Assembly: GCF_001194135.2 (NCBI RefSeq)
Contig: NC_068987.1
Coordinates: 71,461,882-71,495,929 of the forward strand
DNA length: 34,048 nt
Direction of reading: 5' to 3'
Source: Octopus bimaculoides
Taxonomy: Eukaryota
Shown here: piece by piece, positions 1 through 10,646 of the stretch
Layout: each line of letters begins with the position of its first letter
Numbering within the stretch: the first letter of the stretch is position 1
The notes under the pieces: model-generated
Databases searched by the model: none
Told to the model about the DNA's origin: nothing
Seen by the model: the letters and a program-made list of their open reading frames with translations, nothing else
Position numbers and translations under genes: made by a program

Positions 1-8
1 TATACATA

Positions 9-139
9 CATAATTTAGGGATCAGCTATTATCTTCACCACATACCGAAGTTCAGAAATAGCAGCTAAAAAAGCTGTTAGCTGCTATTTCTGAACTTCGG
101 TATGTGGTGAAGCAAATATTTGCTGATCCCTAATTTATG
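9..139. repeat. Long inverted repeat / hairpin
   Basis: 33-68 (cttcaccacataccgaagttcagaaatagcagctaa) is the exact reverse complement of 77-112 (36 bp, 8-nt loop). Outer arms 9-26 and 122-139 pair with 1 mismatch in 18. Confidence 0.95.
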
Positions 140-300
140 CTTATAAATATATATGAACTTTTAAATAAGTTCTCCACCGATAATGGTGCTTACATACCGA
201 AGGGCTTGGTAAAAATTATTAATTGTTGATATATTAATAAATTAATAAATTGATAATCCTTTACCTTTTTAATTTGTAATATATATATATATATATATAT

Positions 301-1505
301 TGGGTCATCCCATAAATAATGCGATCTTCTTCAATTGCGTAAACTAAAATTCAGAGGGGAATGAGATAAACTGCCAGCATCAACTTGATATAAAAGCGGG
401 TAGTAATTTTACCTTGACTTATTCTTAGTGCAAGATTTGAAGAGTGAAGTTCGAACTTAACAGTTATTTTTTTCAAAGTTATAATGAAAGTGACAAATGA
501 GCATGTTCGGCATATTTTGCTTCTAGTTCAATAAAGGCAACGGAAATTGCGTGGAATATTAATGCAGTATATGGGGATCGGACAATAAGCGTAAGCCAGT
601 GTCAACTGTGGTTCCAGAAATTCTGAACTGGATACAACAGCCTAGAAGACGAGCCTCGTCCTGGAAGAAATATAGAGCTTGACGAGGACGTCCTGCAAAA
701 CCTGGTGGAACTAAATCCCATCGTAACTGTTGAGGAACTAACAAAGAAGCTTGGATTTGGTCATTCAACCATTCATCAACACCTGCATGTCATTGGAAAA
801 GTCAGCAATTGGGTCAATGGATTCCTCAGAAACTTTCTGAGTCTAATCGCATGCAGAGAGTGAATGTGTGCTTTTCTTTGCTGTCATGTCTCACGAATGA
901 ACCTTTTTTGGACCGAATAGTGACTGGTGAAGAGAAATGGGTTCTCTATAAAAATGTCAAGTGCCGAAGACAGCGGGTAGGGAAAGGAGAAATACCGGCA
1001 TCCCGGGCTAAAGAAAGTCTTCACCCAGGTAAAGGTCGGTTTGGTGGGATATTAAAGCTTTAGCCAACTTTGAACTTTTAAACCCAAACCAAACAATAAC
1101 ATAGGAGATCAACTGCGAGCAGCTTGAGCGGCTTAAGAAAGCGGTAGAAGAAAAACAACCATTTTTGGTTTCAAGACGAAAGGTGGTCTTCCATCAGGAT
1201 AATTCTCGGCCACTTACAACAAGGATGACATTCCAAAGGCTGGAGCAGTTTGAATGGGAATCGATGCCCCACTATCATATTCGCTGGTCATTGTTCCATC
1301 TGATTATCATTTATTCCGCAGGCTTCAAAATTCTTTGGACGGAAAAAATATGAATTCTGTACACGTGGTCAGAACAGTCCTGGAGGAGTATTTTTCGACA
1401 CGGACAAGTGAAGTTTGGTAGAGGGGCCTTGCAAGTCTACTTCTAGATAGATGGAAGTTGTTTATCTTAATTAAAAAAACAAAAGAAGTATTTAAAAAAA
1501 CGCAT
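301..1505 (+). mobile_element. Mariner (DD34D) DNA transposon, decayed, near full length
   Basis: Starts after (TA)n with tgggtcatcccataaataatgcg; ends ...aaaacgcat, the start of the reverse-complement TIR, which then runs into (TA)n and a gap. Contains a disrupted transposase. Confidence 0.9.
484..1480 (+). pseudogene. Mariner transposase pseudogene (frameshifts and stops)
   Basis: ATG at 484 (MKVTNEHVRHIL). Motifs: LEDEPRPGR, WIPQKLSE (WVPHEL-like), TGEEKW (D to E at 929), HQDNSRP (D at 1198) and PSDYHLF (D at 1302). The last two D codons are 104 nt apart, i.e. D34D with a 1-nt deletion. Confidence 0.9.
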
Positions 1506-1540
1506 ATATATATATATATATATATATATANNNNNNNNNN

Positions 1541-2450
1541 AAACTGTGTATCACGCTTTATTGCAAGTCAAGGCTGCAATTTCGCCAAGGCTGCAATTTC
1601 GTACCGCGCAACTTCTGGAATCACAGACGAATCACTCATGACTAGGTGTCCCTATTTTCATGACCTAAACCCTTTCGAACAGCTCTGGTCGATCTTAAAG
1701 AGGAAAGTGTATGAAGGAGGCATCCAGTTTTCATCTTATTTGTTTACTGCCCACAAGGGGCTACACAAAGGGGAGGACAAACAAGGACAGACAAACGGAT
1801 TAAGTCGATTATATCGACCCCAGTGCGTAACTGGTACTTAATTTATCGACCCCGAAAGGGTGAAAGGCAAAGTCGACCTCGGTGGAATTTGAACTCAGAA
1901 CGTAGCTGCAGACGAAATACCGCTAAGCATTTCGCCCGGCGTGCTAACGTTTCTGCCAGTTTTCATCGAAAGATGCTCTGTGCGAAAAGTTCAAAACAGC
2001 TGCTGGTACCATAACATCTCAAATTAGTCGGCTAACAGCTTCTGTGGACAAAAGACTGTTTGATGTCATTTCTATACAAGGAAGATATGTAAACAAATAA
2101 AATACAGCATCAATAATTTAATTGTGTTTGTTTCGTATCTTTTGCTGCTATTCTTCAGTAGCGTGTTTTGCCAATAAAATGGTAATATAACGATAATACT
2201 TTGTGTCATTACCTTAATTGACATTTTCGTACACCTGTAATAAAGCGTGGGACCTCAAAAGCTGAAAGCACCTCAAAATACATAACTCAACATAGCTTTG
2301 TATGTAGCTTATCAATACCATTGAAATGTTCACTGTGTGTGTGCAACTACCTAGGATCTTTCAGTAGACCAAATTTCACGTTTGTATAGTGTTTAATATT
2401 TAAAATATCAACAAAACTTTGACCTGCAATAAAGCGTGATACACAGTTTC
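1541..2450 (+). mobile_element. Internally deleted Tc1-like (DDxE) element with ~30-bp TIRs, interrupted by a SINE
   Basis: TIRs 1541-1570 and 2420-2449 (29/30 identical), right end followed by TA. Transposase C-terminus CPYFHDLNPFEQLWSILKRKVYEGG (SPDLNPIENLW-like, E at 1677) continues after the SINE to a stop at 2098-2100. Confidence 0.9.
1736..1959 (-). mobile_element. tRNA-derived SINE, family A
   Basis: Minus strand: ctggcagaaacgttagc head, B-box-like gagttcaaattcc, core gtcgactttgcctttca...ggtcgataaattaagtaccag. 12-bp direct repeat ccagttttcatc at 1724-1735 and 1956-1967. Homologous copies occur elsewhere in the window. Confidence 0.9.
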
Positions 2451-3273
2451 TATCTATCTATATATAGCTTTCGTCCTAATTTTGGGACTGCCATGTTGGC
2501 TTGGCGATAACTATTAATTTCCAGTACCGCTGCCGTAGTCTCCTTTAGAGAGACTTAGAAATATTAATAACTCTATTTCTGAAAACCAGTGGATAGATTC
2601 CACTNNNNNNNNNNNNNNNNNNNNNNNNNNNNNNNNNNNNNNNNNNNNNNNNNNNNNNNNNNNNNNNNNNNNNNNNNNNNNNNNNNNNNNNNNNNNNNNN
2701 NNNNNNNNNNNNNNNNNNNNNNNNNNNNNNNNNNNNNNNNNNNNNNNNNNNNNNNNNNNNNNNNNNNNNNNNNNNNNNNNNNNNNNNNNNNNNNNNNNNN
2801 NNNNNNNNNNNNNNNNNNNNNNNNNNNNNNNNNNNNNNNNNNNNNNNNNNNNNNNNNNNNNNNNNNNNNNNNNNNNNNNNNNNNNNNNNNNNNNNNNNNN
2901 NNNNNNNNNNNNNNNNNNNNNNNNNNNNNNNNNNNNNNNNNNNNNNNNNNNNNNNNNNNNNNNNNNNNNNNNNNNNNNNNNNNNNNNNNNNNNNNNNNNN
3001 NNNNNNNNNNNNNNNNNNNNNNNNNNNNNNNNNNNNNNNNNNNNNNNNNNNNNNNNNNNNNNNNNNNNNNNNNNNNNNNNNNNNNNNNNNNNNNNNNNNN
3101 NNNNNNNNNNNNNNNNNNNNNNNNNNNNNNNNNNNNNNNNNNNNNNNNNNNNNNNNNNNNNNNNNNNNNNNNNNNNNNNNNNNNNNNNNNNNNNNNNNNN
3201 NNNNNNNNNNNNNNNCAATGATTCTTTCTAGCAATGGCTTTGCTTTTATCGAGAAATATACAAGATATATCTA

Positions 3274-3490
3274 CGACGGGATGCTGAAAAATTCCTGGCT
3301 TTGGGTAAACGAAAATACAGGACTATCAGTTAATTATGATTTTTATTCAATGTATTCTCTTCTCAGATTCACACATTCATTCCAGCAGTCCTTCAGTTTT
3401 TCTAAGCCCTGTACAAGTACTCAGAAGGTTGGGCTTCCAGTTAAGTTTTTCGGATACCCATAAAGCCAGGAACTTTTGACTACCTCCTCG
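3274..3490 (-). mobile_element. Mariner-derived MITE (217 bp)
   Basis: TIRs 3274-3302 and 3462-3490 (22/29 identical), TA on both sides. 3411->3343 encodes QGLEKLKDCWNECVNLRREYIE*, a typical mariner transposase C-terminus. Confidence 0.85.
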
Positions 3491-3527
<37 letters not shown>

Positions 3528-3799
3528 TTGTGCGTGTTCTCGCGTGTGTCCGTGTGTGTGTCTCTGATGTCATTTCATAATGAAACTTAGACATATATAG
3601 ATAATACACAAAATAGTTGACACTATATGTATTATCTTTATTATTTTTTTTTTTGTTCAGTTGCTTGTTTTATCGTATTGTTCACCCTTGCTATTGTGTT
3701 TTGTTTTGTTTTACCATGTGAAGGTCCTTTTCATGAAAAAGGTTCTGTCTCCAAAAGTTAAATACCCTCGTGTTTCCTTCTTCCAGCGTATTTTGTACT

Positions 3800-4100
3800 C
3801 CTGTATGACTTTATTAAATATGCCTCCTCAAAAGCTTTTTAGTTACTAAAACGCTGTGATTTAAATCTGGCAGGAAAGGGTGTGACATTTTATCACCTTC
3901 AACTGCAACACAGTTTGGAGATTTCCATAACATCCATTTCGAAAGCCTGATGCCAGCCTTCACCAAACCTGTTACTGGTCATATGCTAGTTTCTCGATAG
4001 TTCTGTATCCTGTGGAATAGATGTCAAATGTTTTGCGCTTATATATAACGAAACCACCTATCAATATGTTATGAATTTCTCACCTTTAAGAATATAGTTG
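3800..4100 (-). pseudogene. Possible Mutator (MULE) transposase remnant
   Basis: Minus strand 3961->3941 encodes EGWHQAF, preceded by TSNRFG and (frameshifted) YRTIEKL. This resembles the MULE RTNNxxEGWHxxF motif. Heavily decayed. Confidence 0.4.
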
Positions 4101-4692
4101 AATGTTACTTACTCGGTCGCTTAGTTTTTATTGCTTGACAGCTGTTAAACAACCGTTAGGTTATAACTTATAAATATAGTATGAGAAAATTAAAGTATAA
4201 TACAGTGTGGCTCTAGTATTTGTGTAATTAACTACCTTTAAATGTCGTATTGTTTCAGACAATGAACACTAAACAAGAGTTTAATTGTTGCGACTATTTT
4301 ATACTGTATAGCCAGAGGAGTAGGTAGGCGGACAGAAAGATACAAACATACCAGAATATAGAAAGGTAGAAAGATAGATCTAACGATTGATAAACAGAAG
4401 GATAAATTAAGATGAAATAGCTAACAACTTAGCAAATAGCTTTGGACTGGCCTTGCTAATGGACTAGCAGTTAATTTCTTCTAACGGGTTTAAATATTGA
4501 TCCGTCTTGGCAGAGTAAATGGGTGCAAGAACAGAAGAAAAGGTGAAAAGAGACATAAAGAGATCGGTTGATTGTTAAATATATGTTCCCGTTTGTATGT
4601 ATGCTTGTATGCATGTATGTATGTATGTATGTATGTATGTATATATATATGTACGTATGTAAGAATGTATTTATGTATGTATATGTGTACGT

Positions 4693-4693
<1 letters not shown>

Positions 4694-4756
<63 letters not shown>

Positions 4757-4769
4757 GTAGATAGATAGA
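4694..4769. repeat. (TAGA)n microsatellite, preceded by compound (TATG)n/(TA)n
   Basis: Directly visible. Confidence 0.98.
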
Positions 4770-4949
4770 CTTAAATACAAATAACTTTGAACTTACCTTA
4801 TCACTGGATGGTTTGTTTGTTCATTATGCGCTTTCGGATTCACGATCTTTCTTGTTCATGTACGTATCTATGTTCATGCTCATGTTGGTAGAGAACACTT
4901 CTTGGAATTATTATTGTTCTTTATCTGAGAAGCAATTGTTACATTTCAA

Positions 4950-5620
4950 GCTGACGGACGGTCCAATGATGTTTCATATGTACCTTAGTGATCTGGACGT
5001 TTACTGCCTTCACAACAAAATAACTGCTCGTTCATTATCATAGTCAATCCAATTCTATTTTCTAAGGTTGTTACTTAATTACCCTTGATTTACCCATTTA
5101 TCTGTCAAACTACCAGGCTAGTTTTCTGCCTTTTTATCAGTAAATCTATCTATCTTTCTAAATTTCTATGGTTGAACCTTTCCATCCGTTTCTCTACTTT
5201 AAAAATGTGGTTAAGCATTAAAACAAAAACAATAACTAAAGTCTTATTATTCATTGTCTGTCACACTATTCTGTTATATGACACTTAAAGGCACTTAACT
5301 TCAAAAAAAACTATATCCATACTTTTACCATGTTGCTTGAGATACGCCGACGTATCAAAAGTGAAATAAACTTCGGAGATGCTTTACCCTATGCATAAAC
5401 TGTTGGAGCTAAGCAGAAGTATTGCAACCTCTTCTTTTGGATCCATCACGATGTCAGATACTCTTGCATGTCATCAGCAAGTATAAATTTAGCTTCATAA
5501 GACACTAACGTTAAATTCAACTTGTAATCTCAGAGATGTGAGCTCGAGTCTCATGGCTTGCCAGTAACGTATTTTTCTGCTTTATATGGATAATTTATCC
5601 TGTTCACGCTATTTATGGCA
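4950..5620 (-). pseudogene. Possible very old LINE (CR1/L2-like) ORF2 remnant
   Basis: Minus-strand peptides VTGKP*DS, ILADDM and DLLIKRQKTSLVV*QING occur in the order expected for GVPQG, FADD and the post-RT LEKRR..DLI..YKI.NG motifs. Similarity is weak. Confidence 0.25.
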
Positions 5621-5889
5621 TTATCATTTTTAGGTCAGTATTTTTAGGAATAAAGTGATTGAGGAGAAATCCAAAAGAGCCACTGATTTGCAGGGGAAAT
5701 GATTGACTCTGAGAGTTAAGACACACAAGCGGAATCTTTTACTAGGATAAGTTTCAAAACTGTAAGAACCTGAAAGCAAAAATGAACCACGCAAATCCTC
5801 AATAATAAACACTAGAAATATTCAATTACAGTAGAAAAGAACAACACATTCGAAGAGAATCACAGACCTACGTTAACAGCCCTGAAGCG

Positions 5890-6080
5890 GAAATGAACGT
5901 TTGCATTTATTTGACACCTTGCTATACACTCTGACCATTCACGAAATATATCTAAGGCCAGTAGATTTCATTCTTTTAGGGTCCATAAAGTAAGTATCAG
6001 TGGAGCACTGGGGTCGACGTACTCGCCTTATCTCCTGCATTAAAATTGCCGTCATTGTGCCATAATTTGAAACCATTATT
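5890..6080 (+). mobile_element. Degraded SINE family A copy
   Basis: gtccataaagtaagtatcagtggagcactggggtcgacgta and tail ttgtgccataatttgaaacc match the other family A copies. Confidence 0.65.
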
Positions 6081-6089
6081 AATACTATT

Positions 6090-6243
6090 TTTCTCTCTCT
6101 CTTCCTCTCCTTTGTCTCTCTCTCTCTCTTTCTCTCATTCTCTCACATATTCAGTCGCTTTTTGTCTGTCATACCCTTTCCGTCCTCCCTATCCCATTCT
6201 CCCCTTTCTCTTTTCTCTTTTAATCACTCTCTCTCTATCTCTC

Positions 6244-6282
<39 letters not shown>

Positions 6283-6311
6283 CTCTATCCCTCCCCCTCT
6301 CTCTCTCTCTC
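6090..6311. repeat. Imperfect (CT)n / polypyrimidine tract
   Basis: Directly visible. Confidence 0.9.
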
Positions 6312-6776
6312 TTGATATGCCTTCCTACAGGTATCAGCCCTCGTGGCCCTCCACGCCCTCCCAGTCCAAACAATACTAAGCAATTTACTGGGCCGGTTTT
6401 CCCAAACCCTGTAACGTACTATGTAATGTTCGGGAGAATTTAATGAGTATTTAAGATCAGTTTGATACCTGACGTAATTCTTTTATAGGTAGTTAACCTT
6501 TAGTGCGTAATTTAAATTTTATATTTTTGATCTCTGGACTTGTGGGTCAAATGAGTTGTTGATTTTTGAACTTTCGGCTATTAATCACTTTCAAATTAAA
6601 TTTTCTTTGTCTTCCTACTCTTCTAACTACCCATCTCCATTCCAGTTTGCTATTGCATATGCTATTTATTGATAAACAAAGATTCGCAAGTCCAACTTTA
6701 ACAAGCGAACAACTAAAATCGCTCACACGGAAAAGAAATGCGTGTTGTAAAATATAAATCAAACTCCGATTAACTA

Positions 6777-7103
6777 TTGTTGTTGTTGGCACTCCGTCGC
6801 TTATGACGTCGAGGGTTCCAGTTGATCCAATCAACGGAACAGCCTGCTCGTGAAATTAACGTGCAAGTGGTTGAGCACTCTACAGACACGTGTACCCTTA
6901 ACGTAGTTCTCGGGGAGATTCAGCGTGACACAGTGTAACAAGGCTGACCCTTTGAATTACAGGCACAACAGAAACAGGAAGTAAGAGTGAGAGAAAGTTG
7001 TGGTGAAAGAGTACAGCAGGGTTCGCCACCATCCCCTGCCGGAGCCTCGTGGAGCTTTAGGTGTTTTCGCTCAATAAACACTCACAACGCCCGGTCTGGG
7101 AAT
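6777..7103 (-). mobile_element. SINE family B1, 5'-truncated at B-box, (CAA)n tail
   Basis: 10-bp TSD cgattaacta at 6767-6776 and 7104-7113. Sense strand starts in a tcgattccc B-box-like motif. The 3' part is shared with 32956-33118. Confidence 0.85.
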
Positions 7104-7295
7104 CGATTAACTAATACCATGCTTAAAGAGCAATATAATTGATAGAATAAAAACCTGAAATGGAAAAGTACCAAAAACCAATAAGACCGCAGCTTATATA
7201 ATACAGCGAGGTCTCTATTTCTCAACGGAAGTCATGATGTTTAGACTGTGTCACGATTGTAAGTGTGAGAGGAAACTTTACGTTTCATCTTATAC

Positions 7296-7466
7296 CAGTG
7301 CTCCGCAACCGGTATACGGTGGCACACTGGTGCTTCACGAAGCGATGCTGCAACCTGAATATAATTTTTCCCTACATCTTTAGTAATAACTTTAGCTCAG
7401 GTGCGCCGCCGAATTCTGAAAAGTATATAAGTGTACCGCGAGTGGAAAAAAGATTGTGGAGCAAAA
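7296..7466. mobile_element. hAT-like MITE (~170 bp)
   Basis: Left end cagtgctccgcaacc; right end gattgtggagca matches 10/12 of the reverse complement, with the last 3 nt lost. Subterminal ggcacac / gtgtaccgcg motifs are typical of hAT MITEs. Confidence 0.55.
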
Positions 7467-7610
7467 GTTTTATATAATACTATTAGAAAATAAACGAATG
7501 TATCATATTTTATGCGTAATTGTTACATGCGTGTGTGCGTATTTGTGTGGGGGTGGTGCGCGAATGAAACTGTATTAAATAGTAATAATAATAATAATAA
7601 TAATATATGC

Positions 7611-7657
<47 letters not shown>

Positions 7658-7731
7658 TTGGGATCCCTTAGTGTATTCTTGTTAAGTGTAGTTGTTTCTA
7701 CTGTTGAGTGCCTAAGTTAGAAATATTTACT

Positions 7732-7732
7732 G

Positions 7733-7773
<41 letters not shown>

Positions 7774-7783
7774 NNNNNNNNNN

Positions 7784-7822
<39 letters not shown>
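7732..7822. repeat. (TAG)n microsatellite with 10-N gap
   Basis: Directly visible. Confidence 0.98.
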
Positions 7823-7825
<3 letters not shown>

Positions 7826-8264
7826 TTCATTTGGCCGCGAGGACAGCATGGGCAGAAAGATTAAAGTACAATACAAAAAGAAAGAACGGCATACGCTAAT
7901 ACAAATAATGGACGGAGGCAAAATGAAAACAGAAATAACTTGTTTCCTTTGTTTCAAATCTACACAAGCAACATATAAGCATAGCACAGACACACAGAGC
8001 CACACATACACACACACACAAAAGTACACAAATATACACCCAAAGGTCACATACGCACGTACACCCACGCATACATACATGCATACACTTCGCAAACATA
8101 GACATATATAAACAATATGGCACAAAACATAGTTTGCACACAATATACGCAAACACACACGCCGTAAATGAAAGTAAGCCTTTTAAGATATAAGAATCAA
8201 GGCACACACCAACACACAGGCAAGTGCACTAATATTCTTCTCACATATACAGATAAACCAAATA

Positions 8265-8820
8265 CAAAGCGGGACATTAACACAAAGCGAGACAACACTA
8301 ACGCAATGCGAGACAACATTATTACAATGGGAGACAATATTAACACAAAGTGAGACAACGTTAACACAAAGTGAGACAACACTAACACAAAGCGAGACAA
8401 CATTAATACAATGTGAGTCAACATTAATACAAAGCGAGGCAACATTAACACAACGTGAGACAGCATTAACACAAAGCGAGGCAGCATTAACACAATTGGA
8501 GACAACACCAACACAAAGCGAAATAACATTAATACAAAGCGAGTCAGCATTATCACAGTGGGAGACAATATTAACACAAAGTGAGACAACATCAACACAA
8601 AGCGAGACAACATTAACACAAAGCGAGGCAACATTAACACAAAGCGAGGCAACATTAACACAATGGGAGACAATACTAACAGAAAGAGAAATAACATTAA
8701 TACAAAGCGAGTCAACATTATTATAGTGGGAGACAACATTAACACAAAGTGAGACAACATTAACACAAAACGAGACACATTAACATAAAGCGAGGAAACA
8801 TTAACACAAAACGAGACAGC
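8265..8820. repeat. 21-bp minisatellite, ~26 units (consensus gagacaacattaacacaaagc)
   Basis: Regular 21-nt periodicity. It explains the repetitive ORFs 8197..8778(-) and 8496..8726(+). Confidence 0.95.
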
Positions 8821-9414
8821 AAACGCAGAAGCTTAAAACACGCACAGAAATATATACAAATACAAACAGACACATAAATACACCTGCGAGATGTTGGACT
8901 TTAAACTTTTTCTTTGTTTAGTTTTTGTTTTGTTTTATATTTCTTATCGTTTGTTTTTGTTTTGCTGTTTTTTTTTTGTTTTTTTCTCCTTTGGCAATTT
9001 GGACTGTATTTAAATGATCGGATAGATAAAAATGCCACAATGAATGAATCGTTTGAATGTTAACACATGTACAGTTTACAGTAACGAAAATAGAGTTAAT
9101 ACATACATACGCGAACGTTATATCCACTAACACACGAAAGCATACACGTAAACACGCACACATACACGCACACACGTAAACACGCACACGTACATAATTA
9201 CAGATACACTCAAGAAGAAGAAGACACAAATATAAGATAACACCTACATTCAAATGCACCTGCACACATGCATGCACAAGTAAGGCATACATGATAATAT
9301 TAAAAAGCATACATAAACTTAAAACTAGAGCCATGTATACAATAAATATATACATACACACACCTACAGACAATAACTGGCAGTACACAGAAGCATAAAA
9401 AACATATATTTTAT

Positions 9415-9490
9415 CTTTAATTTGCTTCAGTCATTGGATTGCAGCCATCCCGGGGCATCGCCTCGAAGGGTTTAGTCGAACAGATTGATA
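9415..9490 (-). mobile_element. SINE family C 3' fragment
   Basis: ttgcttcagtcattggattgcagccat...cctcgaaggg is similar to the reverse complement of the 3' end of 25873-26270. Confidence 0.55.
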
Positions 9491-10181
9491 CAAAATAAAA
9501 CATAAAATACACTTAAGAAAATGCACGCGCGCGTGCGCAAATGCACTCACGCACACGCATGTGCACACACATGCACACACATAACTAATGTATATTTTAC
9601 TCTATCATATTAGTTATTAGTGTTGTTCGTGTAAAATAATTTAAACACACATGCAAACGCTCAATAAGAGCAAACATACATACACGCACACGCGCGCACA
9701 CGCACGCACACACACACACACTCAATTAAAAGCAGAAGAAACGCAGAAGTAAGACATTTACAAACAACCCAACATCATATACACAGCTAACACATACGTG
9801 CTTGCACACACACACAAACACACGAACACGATAAAACACGTGAACATAAAAATAGTACTCATTCACACGAATAAACACCCAAGCACAATAACATGCACAC
9901 ACATACACACACAAGCACACACATTCACAAACAAAAGACGCAAATAGAGAATGACAGAATGGCGGACAGAAAGTAGACTGAACATATGAAACAAACTACA
10001 CGAAGGCAGAGGTTTTGTTTTAATTTCTTTTTTCTTTTTTGGAAAACAGAACATTGAAGAATTTACCAAACAATCAGATTTCTACAATTTTCCATGTTTC
10101 TCTAATTTAAAATTATTTGTTTTATTTCTGGAAAATTGAAGCAACGAAAGCAAATCTGCTTCTTTTATTAGAGCATCGAAG

Positions 10182-10399
10182 AAGATGGTGAGATGGCTGA
10201 ATCGTTAGCACTCCGGGCAAAATGCTTATCGGCATTTTATCTGTTTTAACGCTCTGAGTTCAAATTCCACTGAGGTTGACTTTGCCTTTCTTCCGTTAGG
10301 GGTCGATAAATTAAGTAATAGTCAGGAACTAGGGTCTATGTAAATTACTGTCCCCCCTCTCTTCATATTCCAGGTCTTGTACATATTGTAGAAAAGATA
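10182..10399 (+). mobile_element. SINE family A, tandem copy 1
   Basis: ggtgagatggctgaatcgttagc head, gagttcaaattcc, ttgactttgcctttc...ggtcgataaattaagt core. Confidence 0.9.
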
Positions 10400-10414
10400 A
10401 TTAGAGCATCGAAG

Positions 10415-10631
10415 GCGACAAGCTGGCTGAATCGTTTGCACTCCGGATGAAATGCTTAGCAGCATTTCATCTGTTTTTACGTTCTGAATTTAAATTCCGC
10501 CGAAGTCGACTTTGCCTTTCATCGTTTCGAGATCGATGAAATAAATATCCGTTACACACAGGGGTCGATGTACCCGACTAGCTCCTTATCCAAATTTCAG
10601 GCCTAGTGCCTATAGTAGAAAAGAAAGAAAC
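10415..10631 (+). mobile_element. SINE family A, tandem copy 2
   Basis: Same head, core and tail modules as copy 1. Confidence 0.9.
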
Positions 10632-10646
10632 ATTAGAACATCGAAA

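Noticed and set aside
4797-4924. Possible minus-strand exon (ttctcag acceptor; AG|GTAAGT donor at 4796-4791)
   Set aside because: Stops in all three frames and no partner exons; a non-coding exon cannot be excluded without RNA data.
8197-8778. 193-aa hydrophobic ORF (SRFVLML)n
   Set aside because: Antisense reading of the 21-bp minisatellite.
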